From IMG/VR virus record IMGVR_UViG_3300017770_000003: a stretch of DNA of 64,000 bases; one strand, written 5' to 3'. Of the stretch, positions 10,127 through 19,734 are shown one piece after another. How positions within the stretch are numbered: position 1 is the first letter of the stretch; each line of letters starts with the position of its first letter. Below the pieces are notes generated by a model. The model was given only the letters and a program-made list of their open reading frames with translations. It was not told the origin of the DNA and searched no databases. Source of the stretch: a virus. The translations under genes and the position numbers were made by a program.

Positions 10127-10795
10127 TTATTGAGTTGTTTTAAGTTTAGGTACATCTGCTCTAGCACCTTTAACTTCCCAAAAGAAATCATATTCAATAA
10201 TATCATCTGAGTCACAACCAAAATATAACCAATTACTTATAAATTTTTCAAAATAAATAGGTTGAAATTTCCCTACGGAAGATATTTGTACAGTTATTGT
10301 TGAGGGCACAATTAATTTGCTCCATTCGGGCGGTAATTTTACTTTTAATACATTCGCTCTCCCCCTACAGTATACCCCATGCTCAGGACCCTCTAATGCG
10401 CCATACACAAGTCTTTTACCAATTTTAGTGGGGTGTTCTATATCAAAAGACTTAACACGTGCGCGTAATGTTCCACTAGAAGTAATATCATCTGTAATAA
10501 GTTGAGAACCTGTAATAGTAAGAGATCCAATTACTTTTAGACTACCTGAAATCTCGGCACTACCTGTAAAAGGAAATGTATCCCCACTAGATCCAGCAGT
10601 TTCTAAAGTTGTTACTCTATTTGATATAGACGAAGATAACTCATTAGATGAACCAGATATCCCAGCGGCCGTAAAGGATGAACCAAAATTTACTGCAGAA
10701 CCCGTTCCATCAAAGAAACTAGTACCATCTGTTTGGACTATTCTCTGATAAGTGTCTTGTATATTGTTCCCAGTAAAATTAAAGGGTCCAGCCAT
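10127..10795 (-). CDS. Fibre-type protein (222 aa) with C-terminal KSFDIEHP...LEGPExGVYxRG chaperone-like domain
   Basis: C-terminal motif is common at the ends of phage fibre proteins. Confidence 0.6.
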   Translation of the reverse strand: MAGPFNFTGNNIQDTYQRIVQTDGTSFFDGTGSAVNFGSSFTAAGISGSSNELSSSISNRVTTLETAGSSGDTFPFTGSAEISGSLKVIGSLTITGSQLITDDITSSGTLRARVKSFDIEHPTKIGKRLVYGALEGPEHGVYCRGRANVLKVKLPPEWSKLIVPSTITVQISSVGKFQPIYFEKFISNWLYFGCDSDDIIEYDFFWEVKGARADVPKLKTTQ

Positions 10796-10802
10796 TTTTT
10801 AA

Positions 10803-11381
10803 TCACTTTAATTTAGATAGACCAGTAATTACTCCTTCAATAATTTTATCTTTTTGGGATTCTTTTATTGTATTTTCAGATAAGTAGGTAGCAACTATAT
10901 GGTTTAATTTATTCTTTCTAAAGTTTACATTGTCAAGTTTAATATCTTCCTTAACAAGCAATTTCAGTATATTATAAACGTGTTTTTTATCATTAGTAGT
11001 AACTTGTTTTGTTTCTTTAATGTTAGCTACTTTAATCTTAGGTTTATTATCTTCTGTAATAACAGTACCTGATTGGGATTTAACTTCGACTTGTATTTTT
11101 CTTGAGGCATCCACTTCAAATGTAGATTCCCAAGGGGTAAAATAAGTATCTTCAGCTATTACTTCTAATTTAATATTACCAGAACTGTTTTCTTGTAATA
11201 GTCCTTTTAATTTTTTAATGGGAATTATGCATTTTCCTCTAGAGTTAATTTCTCCTTCAAATAGTAATGATAGGTCTTTAGTTGCTACAATTAATCTAGC
11301 AAGAGAATTAGAAAGTGAAGCACCTTCTAATTGTATATCACACTCAAATATTTCTTGTTTATCAGTATAAAGTTTATACAT
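10803..11381 (-). CDS. Hypothetical phage protein (192 aa)
   Basis: ORF with typical codon usage, tightly packed in the operon. Confidence 0.8.
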   Translation of the reverse strand: MYKLYTDKQEIFECDIQLEGASLSNSLARLIVATKDLSLLFEGEINSRGKCIIPIKKLKGLLQENSSGNIKLEVIAEDTYFTPWESTFEVDASRKIQVEVKSQSGTVITEDNKPKIKVANIKETKQVTTNDKKHVYNILKLLVKEDIKLDNVNFRKNKLNHIVATYLSENTIKESQKDKIIEGVITGLSKLK

Positions 11382-11384
11382 ATC

Positions 11385-11711
11385 TTATAAGTTTACGTTT
11401 ACGTTAATACCTAGTACCTCTTTTGCAACTAGTTCAATATCTTTAACAGTAATTTTTCTTTCTTGTACTTCTTTAGTTTCTTCGTACAACTCACCATTAA
11501 CTTTGCAAAGTAGTTTAATAAATTTCTTTTTCTTTTCAGGTTCTTTATCAAAATAAGTTTTAGGATCTTCTAAAGCTCCCCCAGCTATAATTTCTTGTAA
11601 TAAGAAAACATCTTCCCACTTATATGGTTCCCCTAAGGGTGATGTATTATTATCATAAGTAAAATCTGCGTTTTCCCATTTTATAGGTGTTTTTCTAAAT
11701 TGCTGTGTCAT
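11385..11711 (-). CDS. Hypothetical phage protein (108 aa)
   Basis: TAATG-coupled ORF. Confidence 0.8.
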   Translation of the reverse strand: MTQQFRKTPIKWENADFTYDNNTSPLGEPYKWEDVFLLQEIIAGGALEDPKTYFDKEPEKKKKFIKLLCKVNGELYEETKEVQERKITVKDIELVAKEVLGINVNVNL

Positions 11712-12571
11712 TAGAAAGATCCACCATTTATATTACCAATTATATCGCCACTAGCACTTATACTACCTTCTACTGTTAATTTTTCGGGTGCTGTAGTTGT
11801 TCCTATAGCTACATTATTGCCTGTATTTAGAAAATCTGTAGATCCGGCTGCACCATTAAGTCGAACATGTGTATTACCATCATCATTTAGCAAAAGCATA
11901 CCTCTATCAAGTTCTGGGAGATCACTTACACCAGAAAATCCTAGATAGGCTAATGTATTATCATTAGTAGAAGATAATAAGGATAAAGAATTAGCACCTG
12001 CAGTACTTTTTATTGATCCTGAAAAAACAAAACCTACATCATTACTAGATGCTCCTAAACCATAACCTATAGTTAGGGCTTTAATAGGGGTAGTTACATT
12101 ACTACTATCATTAACTTCAAAAATTAAACCACCATATGCTCCATTAATATTACTACCTATGACTTCAGAATATATAGCTGAGGTAGACCCGCTTGCTATA
12201 AAACCAGTACCTAAGAATGAAGCAGATTCTATAGCAAATATAATTCTACCTGTTTCTTCCCCCACCTGGATAACTCCATCTTCATTAGTTCTTAAAATTA
12301 AATTTGCTGGAGAAGATCCAGTTGTAGATCTAATATCAAGGTTAGAAAGGGGGTTTGTAGTACCCATTCCTACTAAAGGATCAGGACTAGATCCTGTAAT
12401 GTATATAGCAACAGAACTGGTAAGGGTTCCTAAAGATTGTGAGTTAATTAAAATTTGGATAGCATCATTAATTTCAGATGCACCAATAGATCCAAGTTCT
12501 ATTGCTGAATTATAATTTATATCTTCATCCGATCCTGTTAGGAAAGAGCCACTATAAAATACTAATCCCAT
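11711..12571 (-). CDS. Fibre-like structural protein (286 aa) ending in INGGSF
   Basis: GxGTTxP fibre motifs; shared C-terminal motif. Confidence 0.65.
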   Translation of the reverse strand: MGLVFYSGSFLTGSDEDINYNSAIELGSIGASEINDAIQILINSQSLGTLTSSVAIYITGSSPDPLVGMGTTNPLSNLDIRSTTGSSPANLILRTNEDGVIQVGEETGRIIFAIESASFLGTGFIASGSTSAIYSEVIGSNINGAYGGLIFEVNDSSNVTTPIKALTIGYGLGASSNDVGFVFSGSIKSTAGANSLSLLSSTNDNTLAYLGFSGVSDLPELDRGMLLLNDDGNTHVRLNGAAGSTDFLNTGNNVAIGTTTAPEKLTVEGSISASGDIIGNINGGSF

Positions 12572-14010
12572 TAGGTTTGTGGTTTTAAGGTTTTAATTTC
12601 TTGTTGAAGATCTTCAATCATTTTTTGTTGGTCTTGAATAGATTTAATTAGATAGGGAACTAAGCTAGTATAATCAACAGTCCAATGTTCATCTTTTTTG
12701 GGAGCATAAGTAGATTTAGGTAAAATTTCATGTAGTTCTTGGGCTATAACCCCTGTGTCTGTTTCACCAGAAGATTTCCATGTAAAATCTTTAATTTTAA
12801 TTTTCATTAAATCATCAACAGAATATTTAGTAGGGACTATATCTTTTTTTAGATTTTTATCTGAACTATATGTTATAGCTATACTATTATTATTACCAGC
12901 AGATCTAATAGCCCCACAAAATTGATTATTACCCCTAAATCCTATAAAATTTCTACTTGTGGAATTTGTCCCGTCAATAGTAATATTTAAACCATCAGCA
13001 CTTGTATTGTTACCCGAATTATCATTTCGAATTCGTGCTACATAGCTTGTGTTGTTACCTAATACATCTAAAGCATAGCTTGGGGCAGCATTATTAATTC
13101 CAATTCTTCCATTATTAGTAGTTGTATTAGGGTATTGAACATGTAGTACTGCGTATGAAGTAGTATCATCATTATCATCTTTCCTACTTACACCAAATAC
13201 TAATCTACCCCCTTTCTCAGTAGTGGAGTGATTTTGAAGAGCATAAGCTGCTATATATGCTGATGCTTCTGTTATACCGCTAGGAACATTACCATCACGC
13301 CCATCAAATCCTATACCTCCTAAAAAATTACCAGAAGAAATGCTTGTATCATTCCTGATGATCATAATCCCCCCATCACCGTCAGCTCCTGTGTGACTAA
13401 CATTAAAAGTATTTGGAGTAAGAACATGTGAATCAGTACCTACACCTACGTGACCGGTACTGCCCTCAAGATACATGTTGGGAGTAGAATTGCCATTAGA
13501 GTAAACTGCAAAATCTATATCACTACCATCAGGGTTAACTGATACCTTTCGTGCAGTGCTTACTTCATCTAATGCTAAATGAGTTACACTACCTACTTTA
13601 AATAAATGGCCTAAATTAGTGCTATCATAATCTTTAGTTATATATTCTATATTTTTATAACTGCCTGCGGATTCTCCACCAATAATAAGTTTATCAGCAC
13701 CACCAATACCAGATCTACTAAGAGAAGCTGTTTCTGCTAAATCTAAAACATTTGTTGAGTCAGATGCAACACCAAAGCCAGGGTTTGGAACTTCATCTAA
13801 TGCTATATTAAATGTAGTTGTACCTGATATACCAGTACCTGCTGAAACACTGCCCCCGATATCACCCCTAGTAGTTATTTGGAAATGCCCAGAACCATCT
13901 ATACTTAATATATTATTAGTGCTACCAGCTTCAGCAGGTAAATTACTTGAAGTAATATCGTATAAAGAGGCTTTAGAGCCTGAAAGTAAGACTTTTTTCC
14001 AGTTCGGCAT
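12571..14010 (-). CDS. Tail fibre/spike (479 aa) with C-terminal Peptidase S74 intramolecular chaperone
   Basis: SDKNLKKDI...TGVIAQEL...VDYTSLVPYLIKSIQDQQ followed by a coiled-coil end; N-terminus MPNWKKVLLSGS. Confidence 0.85.
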   Translation of the reverse strand: MPNWKKVLLSGSKASLYDITSSNLPAEAGSTNNILSIDGSGHFQITTRGDIGGSVSAGTGISGTTTFNIALDEVPNPGFGVASDSTNVLDLAETASLSRSGIGGADKLIIGGESAGSYKNIEYITKDYDSTNLGHLFKVGSVTHLALDEVSTARKVSVNPDGSDIDFAVYSNGNSTPNMYLEGSTGHVGVGTDSHVLTPNTFNVSHTGADGDGGIMIIRNDTSISSGNFLGGIGFDGRDGNVPSGITEASAYIAAYALQNHSTTEKGGRLVFGVSRKDDNDDTTSYAVLHVQYPNTTTNNGRIGINNAAPSYALDVLGNNTSYVARIRNDNSGNNTSADGLNITIDGTNSTSRNFIGFRGNNQFCGAIRSAGNNNSIAITYSSDKNLKKDIVPTKYSVDDLMKIKIKDFTWKSSGETDTGVIAQELHEILPKSTYAPKKDEHWTVDYTSLVPYLIKSIQDQQKMIEDLQQEIKTLKPQT

Positions 14011-14020
14011 GTGTTTTGTC

Positions 14021-14069
14021 TATTACGGTTGGTTACGACTTAATGCCGCCCACTTCCCGGAGGCCAATA
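14021..14069 (-). ncRNA. Candidate structured 5' leader RNA (three-way junction with a cUCCGg tetraloop)
   Basis: GC-rich island in an AT-rich spacer; manual fold gives P1 UAUUAUUGG/CCAA..UAAUA, P2 CC-UCCG-GG, P3 GCGGC-AUUAA-GUCGU. Confidence 0.4.
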
Positions 14070-14090
14070 ATATCCTTAACAATAAATATA

Positions 14091-14267
14091 TTAGGATTGT
14101 TTTCTCTTAGCGGCTACTTCAGGGGGAATAGAAGCTTTTTCAAGCTCTTTTTCTAAAGTTGTAATAATATTAGCTACTATGACAGCATCTTTACCTTGAA
14201 TAGTAGCGTTTTTAGAAGCGGCCACTAAAAAGGCCATTTGATTAGGTTCTAATTTTATATTTGCCAT
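14091..14267 (-). CDS. Small helical protein (58 aa, MANIKLEPNQ...AAKRKQS), not in the ORF track; possible fibre chaperone
   Basis: ATG at 14267, TAA at 14091, A-rich leader, fills the intergenic gap. Confidence 0.75.
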   Translation of the reverse strand: MANIKLEPNQMAFLVAASKNATIQGKDAVIVANIITTLEKELEKASIPPEVAAKRKQS

Positions 14268-14311
14268 AACTTTTTATTTTTAGTGTAATAAGGAAAAATT
14301 AAATTCCCAAA

Positions 14312-15922
14312 TTAAGCTGTGTAAAACCACACATTACTTTCTCCACCTGCAGGATCTGCATCGGTATCTACATACCAACTACCTAATCTTTCTTGGCCCG
14401 CGCTATCCCAAAATACATTATGTTCGGTTAACGAGGCATTAGGGTCATCAACAGTAGAGATAGCAACTGTAGCTATGATAGCCTCAGTATTACCTGATAA
14501 GCTAGTACCAGATAAATCACCATTAGTTGTACCTGGGTGAATGTCATTCCATCCTACTTGATCGGATGTAGTAACCCCCCATACATTATGTGTACTCCCT
14601 GATTGGTAAAATAGGGCACTACCATGAGCTCCTCCTGCGGGGTTAGAAGTTTGAACAATAACACCCCCATTACTATATTGGAAAGCTTCACTAGTACCAG
14701 TAGATCCACTATTTAAAAGAATAAAGGGATCATTTGTTTTAAAATCACTAACTTGTACATTAACAATGTTACTTGATGAAATAACTGTTAGTGCACCTTT
14801 AATAGTAACATTACCTGTGATTGAAAAATCAGCATTACTAGGAGCATCAGCATTACCCCAGGTTGTAGATAAATCAAAAAATACTGTTGGATCAGAAATA
14901 AATGTTTGAGTACCAGTACCAGTAGAGAATTCAGCATTGGCAAAAGAAGAATCTGTACTAGCACCTATAACACCATAAGTTTGGTTTGCTATCCCTTGTC
15001 CTTGTGTTATAGTATTTGCAAACACACCCCCATCAAAAGCTGCCTTAGGTTCAAAATCTATTGTTTCGTCTGTTACAACAACAGAAGTATCTATATTGAT
15101 TACACTTCTATCGTTTACACCAGTAAAAACTAAACCAGTACCTGCTAAACTGCTTACTAATGATAATTCACCAGTACCCATAACACCATCACTAGTAGTT
15201 AAACCACTGTTACTGGCTAAATCTATTTTTAATACACCACTAGTAAGGTCTATACCATCACCATCTAAGTTTGAGGATAATGTTAAACCACTAGAACCCG
15301 TAGCTAAACCTGAAGTACCATTACTAGTACCATCTAAATCTATTCGGAGTTTATTTCCTATACCTCCATTAAGGTAAGCAGGATCCCATTCTAAGCCATT
15401 GCCTGGTAAACCCGGGTCTAATATTAATTTATTTTGGGCACTATGAGTTGCAAATAAAATACCACCATTAACACCAGCATTTTTAGAGTTAACAGTTGTT
15501 TGGGTGTTAATTTCAGTTCCATAAACAGTAGGAAAATTACTAGCTCCTTTTAAGGCAATGGTAAATACACCTGCATTATTAGCTGTAAATTCGGTATTTA
15601 TGTTACTTGATCCATTTATAATACCAACACCTGCTCCATGTTTTATACCAGCTTCGGCGTTTGCACTATCTATTCCTGTGATTCCCGAGCCATCTCCTTC
15701 AAAAGAAGTTTCTTGCCCACTATTAGTACCATAAGAAGCGCTTAACTTTCCATCAGCTAATACAAATTTACTTTCAGCTTTAAATGAACCACTATCCACA
15801 GCAGAAGCACTACCTGCAAATAATATAGTGTCACCATCTTGGGCGGTTCCTATGTTTGATATTTTGAGTTCTTTAACAGTGAAATGGGAACCCGAAATTA
15901 ATACTCTTTTCCAATTAGCCAT
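14312..15922 (-). CDS. Fibre-like structural protein (536 aa), N-terminus MANWKRVLISGS
   Basis: Paralogous to 15938..17260 (shared DGDG.L.SGVL..DLA.NSGL repeats and C-terminal D.FILxNSGS domain). Confidence 0.7.
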   Translation of the reverse strand: MANWKRVLISGSHFTVKELKISNIGTAQDGDTILFAGSASAVDSGSFKAESKFVLADGKLSASYGTNSGQETSFEGDGSGITGIDSANAEAGIKHGAGVGIINGSSNINTEFTANNAGVFTIALKGASNFPTVYGTEINTQTTVNSKNAGVNGGILFATHSAQNKLILDPGLPGNGLEWDPAYLNGGIGNKLRIDLDGTSNGTSGLATGSSGLTLSSNLDGDGIDLTSGVLKIDLASNSGLTTSDGVMGTGELSLVSSLAGTGLVFTGVNDRSVINIDTSVVVTDETIDFEPKAAFDGGVFANTITQGQGIANQTYGVIGASTDSSFANAEFSTGTGTQTFISDPTVFFDLSTTWGNADAPSNADFSITGNVTIKGALTVISSSNIVNVQVSDFKTNDPFILLNSGSTGTSEAFQYSNGGVIVQTSNPAGGAHGSALFYQSGSTHNVWGVTTSDQVGWNDIHPGTTNGDLSGTSLSGNTEAIIATVAISTVDDPNASLTEHNVFWDSAGQERLGSWYVDTDADPAGGESNVWFYTA

Positions 15923-15937
15923 TATAGATATATTATT

Positions 15938-17260
15938 TTATGCGTATATAAAAGCACTACTTTCATTAGTAGATTGGTTAACTTTTATAACCATTTGTCC
16001 TACTCTAGAATTATTAGCAGCAGTTCCAAATAGTGGGTCAGATGCAAGGATAGTAGATTCGGCATCTGTAGTAGGTTGTACCGTTACAACAGCGGCATGA
16101 CCTGCTTCCTGAACTTCATGGCCTGTATCTGTCATGGTTTGGCTATCGTTTGAAACTCCCCATCTATTATGGGATCCATCATAGAATAAGAACGCGCCTG
16201 TAGTACCACTTCCATTTTGGACTATTAAACCACCATCTCCTGAGGTTGAACCACTATTAACAAGAATAAATTGATCAGCAATGTTTAAGTTTTGAACTTC
16301 AAGGTTAACTTCACTACCACCTCCTTCAACTAATAAATCACCTGAAATAGTTACATCATCATTAAAAGTAAAGTTACCTGTTAATGTGTCACTAAGGTTC
16401 ATAGATAACACTGGGTTATCTATAAGGAGTGCACTTTTACCAGCAGTAACATCTGAAACACTACCATCAGAAGTTACAGTTATTACAACATTAGTAGAAC
16501 CTGTAGCAAATGTAATGGTATTAGCATTATCAACAACTACACTACTATCAATATTTAATATAGTATTTCCTGTAGCAAAGTTTAAACCGGTACCATCTAA
16601 GGTATTAGCAAGTTTTAATTTATTACTACTAATTGCAAGACCACTATTTGTAGCTAAATCTACTGATAATACACCTGAGCTAAGACCTAAACCATCACCA
16701 TCTATGTTATCTGATATAGCTAATCCACTGGAACCTAGTTTAAGTCCAGAAGTACTATTACTATTACCATTAAGGTTGATTTGTATTTCACTATAGTCAT
16801 TAGCAGTAGGAAATTCTAAACCATTACCCGCTAATGAACTAGTTAAACCTAACTTAAAATCATCTTTTCCTGCTCCTGTAGATGTACCTGAATCTGTGTT
16901 ACCATCAAAAAATGTTAAACCACCTGAGGGGTGTAAATCTAAGGATGCTGTTCTTGCGGTTCCACCATTATAAGTAAAATCAACAATACCAGCACCGTCA
17001 GCTAAACTATTACCTAATGTAGCAGTTACACCAGTTAATCCACTACCATCGCCACTAAAACTACCACTGAAAGTACCACCAGTAAATTCAATTGTGGTTT
17101 GGGAAGCATTATACGTTAAATTATTAAGGGTTCTTACTGCACCACTACTATCAGCAAATAGTATTGTGTTATTATCAGTAGCTTGAGGAATATTGGATGC
17201 TGTTACTTCAGAGACGTGAACATTAGATCCAGATAATAATATTTTTCTAAACTGTGCCAT
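15938..17260 (-). CDS. Fibre-like structural protein (440 aa), N-terminus MAQFRKILLSGS
   Basis: Paralogous to 14312..15922. Confidence 0.7.
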   Translation of the reverse strand: MAQFRKILLSGSNVHVSEVTASNIPQATDNNTILFADSSGAVRTLNNLTYNASQTTIEFTGGTFSGSFSGDGSGLTGVTATLGNSLADGAGIVDFTYNGGTARTASLDLHPSGGLTFFDGNTDSGTSTGAGKDDFKLGLTSSLAGNGLEFPTANDYSEIQINLNGNSNSTSGLKLGSSGLAISDNIDGDGLGLSSGVLSVDLATNSGLAISSNKLKLANTLDGTGLNFATGNTILNIDSSVVVDNANTITFATGSTNVVITVTSDGSVSDVTAGKSALLIDNPVLSMNLSDTLTGNFTFNDDVTISGDLLVEGGGSEVNLEVQNLNIADQFILVNSGSTSGDGGLIVQNGSGTTGAFLFYDGSHNRWGVSNDSQTMTDTGHEVQEAGHAAVVTVQPTTDAESTILASDPLFGTAANNSRVGQMVIKVNQSTNESSAFIYA

Positions 17261-17266
17261 GTGTTA

Positions 17267-17446
17267 TTAATCTTTTTGGACAAATTCCGTAATCCTATAT
17301 ACTAAATCGTATATAGGTTGTATATTTTTGATTTTAATTTCACCTTCACCTATTAAAGAAAGTATCATTTTTGCTTCCTCTTTAGTAAATTGTAATTTAG
17401 GTGTAGTCAATTCTTCTCTTTTACTAGAACCAAATCTTATTGCCAT
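17267..17446 (-). CDS. Small helical protein (59 aa, MAIRFGSSKR...EFVQKD), not in the ORF track
   Basis: ATG at 17446, TAA at 17267, late motif upstream; loosely resembles 14091..14267. Confidence 0.75.
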   Translation of the reverse strand: MAIRFGSSKREELTTPKLQFTKEEAKMILSLIGEGEIKIKNIQPIYDLVYRITEFVQKD

Positions 17447-17479
17447 ATTATATTGTATTTATCTAGTATAAATATATAG

Positions 17480-17953
17480 TTATTCAATTCCAGCATAAAA
17501 ATTAGAAGAAGAATATACTATAATACCGGATTCAGCACTAGGAAGTGATCTATCAGTAAGTTTTATAAAACTAGAACTTATAATTCCGGAAGATGTAATA
17601 TCTCCTTCTACAAAAATATTTAATGAAGATGTTAATCTTGAATTAGAGATATCAATATACCAATCATTATCCTGAGATGTTAAAGTACTTAAATCAACAG
17701 CATCTGTGGTGCCATCCCCCTGATTAAATGTAATTATATTGTTATTAAAAGAAGAACTTATATAAAAGCTACCTGTATTTACATTTGTAGGGGTAGATTC
17801 AGATGATGATGCTCCTTTTATTTCAAAAACTACATTCTGTTTATCTTTAGAAAATACTTTTTGATCATTTACGTTAATGACTAATTCACCTAATGCAAAA
17901 TCACTTGCCTTAGGTATATTACCTACGCCAAATATTATTTTGTTCTTTGCCAT
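17480..17953 (-). CDS. Short fibre/adaptor protein (157 aa) with P..DF..GELVINVND N-terminal module
   Basis: Same N-terminal motif class as 51..3428 and 3679..4497. Confidence 0.65.
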   Translation of the reverse strand: MAKNKIIFGVGNIPKASDFALGELVINVNDQKVFSKDKQNVVFEIKGASSSESTPTNVNTGSFYISSSFNNNIITFNQGDGTTDAVDLSTLTSQDNDWYIDISNSRLTSSLNIFVEGDITSSGIISSSFIKLTDRSLPSAESGIIVYSSSNFYAGIE

Positions 17954-18834
17954 TAACTATTAAGATCATTTAAATTAATTACAGTTTCAGATCCTATTTT
18001 GATTTCCGCACGAGTAAATTCTTTTTTAATAGATTGGGTTTCATTTTTAAATGTATCAGGGAGTAAATATCCTGCTAATTTAAAACTAAAGTTAGCTTTT
18101 ACTAATCTATCTTCACCTACTTGTAATTCATTAATATTTTGAATTTGATCTACATTAACTTGAAATAGGTTTTTTTCTTTATTACCCCAGTAAGCATCTG
18201 AAACATATTCTATAGCTTCAACTAATTTATTATTTTGAGTCATAAAATCAGTCCATAATATAGCTTCATAATTAGCAAAAATATAATCGGGAATAGGTAC
18301 CTGATATATTTCCCTTTGGGGTTGTCGTATATCATTTAAAAGATTAAAACTATCATATACATTTTTTTTACTATATCTATTTTGTTCAGTAATATAAAGA
18401 TTAGGTTTATTACCATCTAATTTATTACCTATGTCTCTTCTTTTTTCAACAGAAGTACGTTTAAACATTAATAGGGGCACCTGTATTTTGCCGTTTTTAT
18501 CGCGATAATAGCCATCTGCTTGCACTGTCTTCCACCTTTCACCGGCTCCGTACACTATGGGAACTTTAATGGATTCACCGTTATTTTCTACAGATAAATT
18601 TAATTCCTGATCAAGGTAATAATAAACAGCTTCATCTATATCTTCTAAAGTTATAGAAGTTGTTTGAATATTATCTTGGTCTCTTCTAATTTCTAAATGG
18701 CGGTTTTTACCTTTTACATCACGTTCAGTATCTAAAGGTAATTCTTCAAATTCAGGAGGGGCTCCCGCTTCTAAGTTTCTTCTTAAAAGAGTATTATTAC
18801 TTAATATATCAGGTTTTATTCTATTATCAGACAT
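17953..18834 (-). CDS. Tail completion/terminator protein (T4 gp15-like), 293 aa
   Basis: VPIVYGAGERW...P.LMFKRTS...IP.Y...YE motif pattern; follows the neck genes. Confidence 0.6.
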   Translation of the reverse strand: MSDNRIKPDILSNNTLLRRNLEAGAPPEFEELPLDTERDVKGKNRHLEIRRDQDNIQTTSITLEDIDEAVYYYLDQELNLSVENNGESIKVPIVYGAGERWKTVQADGYYRDKNGKIQVPLLMFKRTSVEKRRDIGNKLDGNKPNLYITEQNRYSKKNVYDSFNLLNDIRQPQREIYQVPIPDYIFANYEAILWTDFMTQNNKLVEAIEYVSDAYWGNKEKNLFQVNVDQIQNINELQVGEDRLVKANFSFKLAGYLLPDTFKNETQSIKKEFTRAEIKIGSETVINLNDLNS

Positions 18835-18835
18835 C

Positions 18836-19378
18836 TTATATAGGATTAGCGGTAGAACCAGAGGCTATTTGAGTAGTTGGGTATATTCCTCCCCTTAGGG
18901 GAACTAAATTTAATTTTTCTACTCTTGATAAATGGGTAGATAAAATTATAGATAATGAAACACCAAAGTTTTGGGTATCTTCGGATATAGCATATTCGGG
19001 TTTTTTACCTGTAAAAAATTGGTTTTCAATATAGCTATCTACTTCCCAAAAATCATTATTAAATAATATATAATCTCCTACTTCTGGGATTAAATTAATG
19101 TCATTTAAATCAGCTTTAAGAAATCTATATTTAAATATTTGTTTTACGTCAGGGCCAAAATCATCACTATTCCATTCCTGATCATTTTTTTCGATTAAAC
19201 AGGATAATCTTATAGGTTCATAGTAAAACTTTTTAGTAGATTCATTATATATATTTGAGTCTGTTTGGTCTAAAGCAAATTTATAATAGGCAACTTCGGT
19301 CTGAATAATATCATTAATCAGTTCTCGATTCATTGTTCTAAACAATGATATGTCTCTGGCACCTCCAAATAATGGCAT
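18836..19378 (-). CDS. Head completion/neck protein (T4 gp14-like), 180 aa
   Basis: Y.F.......NIYNE...K.Y..P, FG and P.VGD.I...N.FWEV motifs; synteny. Confidence 0.6.
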   Translation of the reverse strand: MPLFGGARDISLFRTMNRELINDIIQTEVAYYKFALDQTDSNIYNESTKKFYYEPIRLSCLIEKNDQEWNSDDFGPDVKQIFKYRFLKADLNDINLIPEVGDYILFNNDFWEVDSYIENQFFTGKKPEYAISEDTQNFGVSLSIILSTHLSRVEKLNLVPLRGGIYPTTQIASGSTANPI

Positions 19379-19734
19379 TATATTCTAGTTAATGTATCTG
19401 GTTTAAAAATTATATGGCGTAATCCATCTATTCGTCTATTAGCATCTCCTTTTTTACTTTGGAGCATTGTAGTTTTAAAAAATTCTAAATCCTGTTTAGG
19501 ATCTAATCCTGAAATAAATTTTAAAGTAACTGTATGTACTTCTTTACCATCTGTTCTAGCACGATTTTTAGATTCTAATTCATCAGAAGTTGTAGTATTT
19601 ACAGTAGTTATTTTTCTTACTCCTCTTATACCATCAATAGTATCTGTGTAGTTTATATCTTTATCAGTTACTAAAACTGCATCTACAGAACGTAAAACTA
19701 CCTCTTCGTTTAATATGTCTTTTAATTTAATCAT
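19378..19734 (-). CDS. Hypothetical protein (118 aa) with MIKLKDILNE N-terminus; candidate internal head protein
   Basis: TAATG-coupled on both sides; propeptide-like N-terminus. Confidence 0.7.
   Translation of the reverse strand: MIKLKDILNEEVVLRSVDAVLVTDKDINYTDTIDGIRGVRKITTVNTTTSDELESKNRARTDGKEVHTVTLKFISGLDPKQDLEFFKTTMLQSKKGDANRRIDGLRHIIFKPDTLTRI

Noticed and set aside
14021-14069. HDV-like/theta or hammerhead ribozyme
   Set aside because: No P1 partner or correctly spaced catalytic-C junction for an HDV-like fold, and no CUGAnGA/GAAA hammerhead core could be built by hand.
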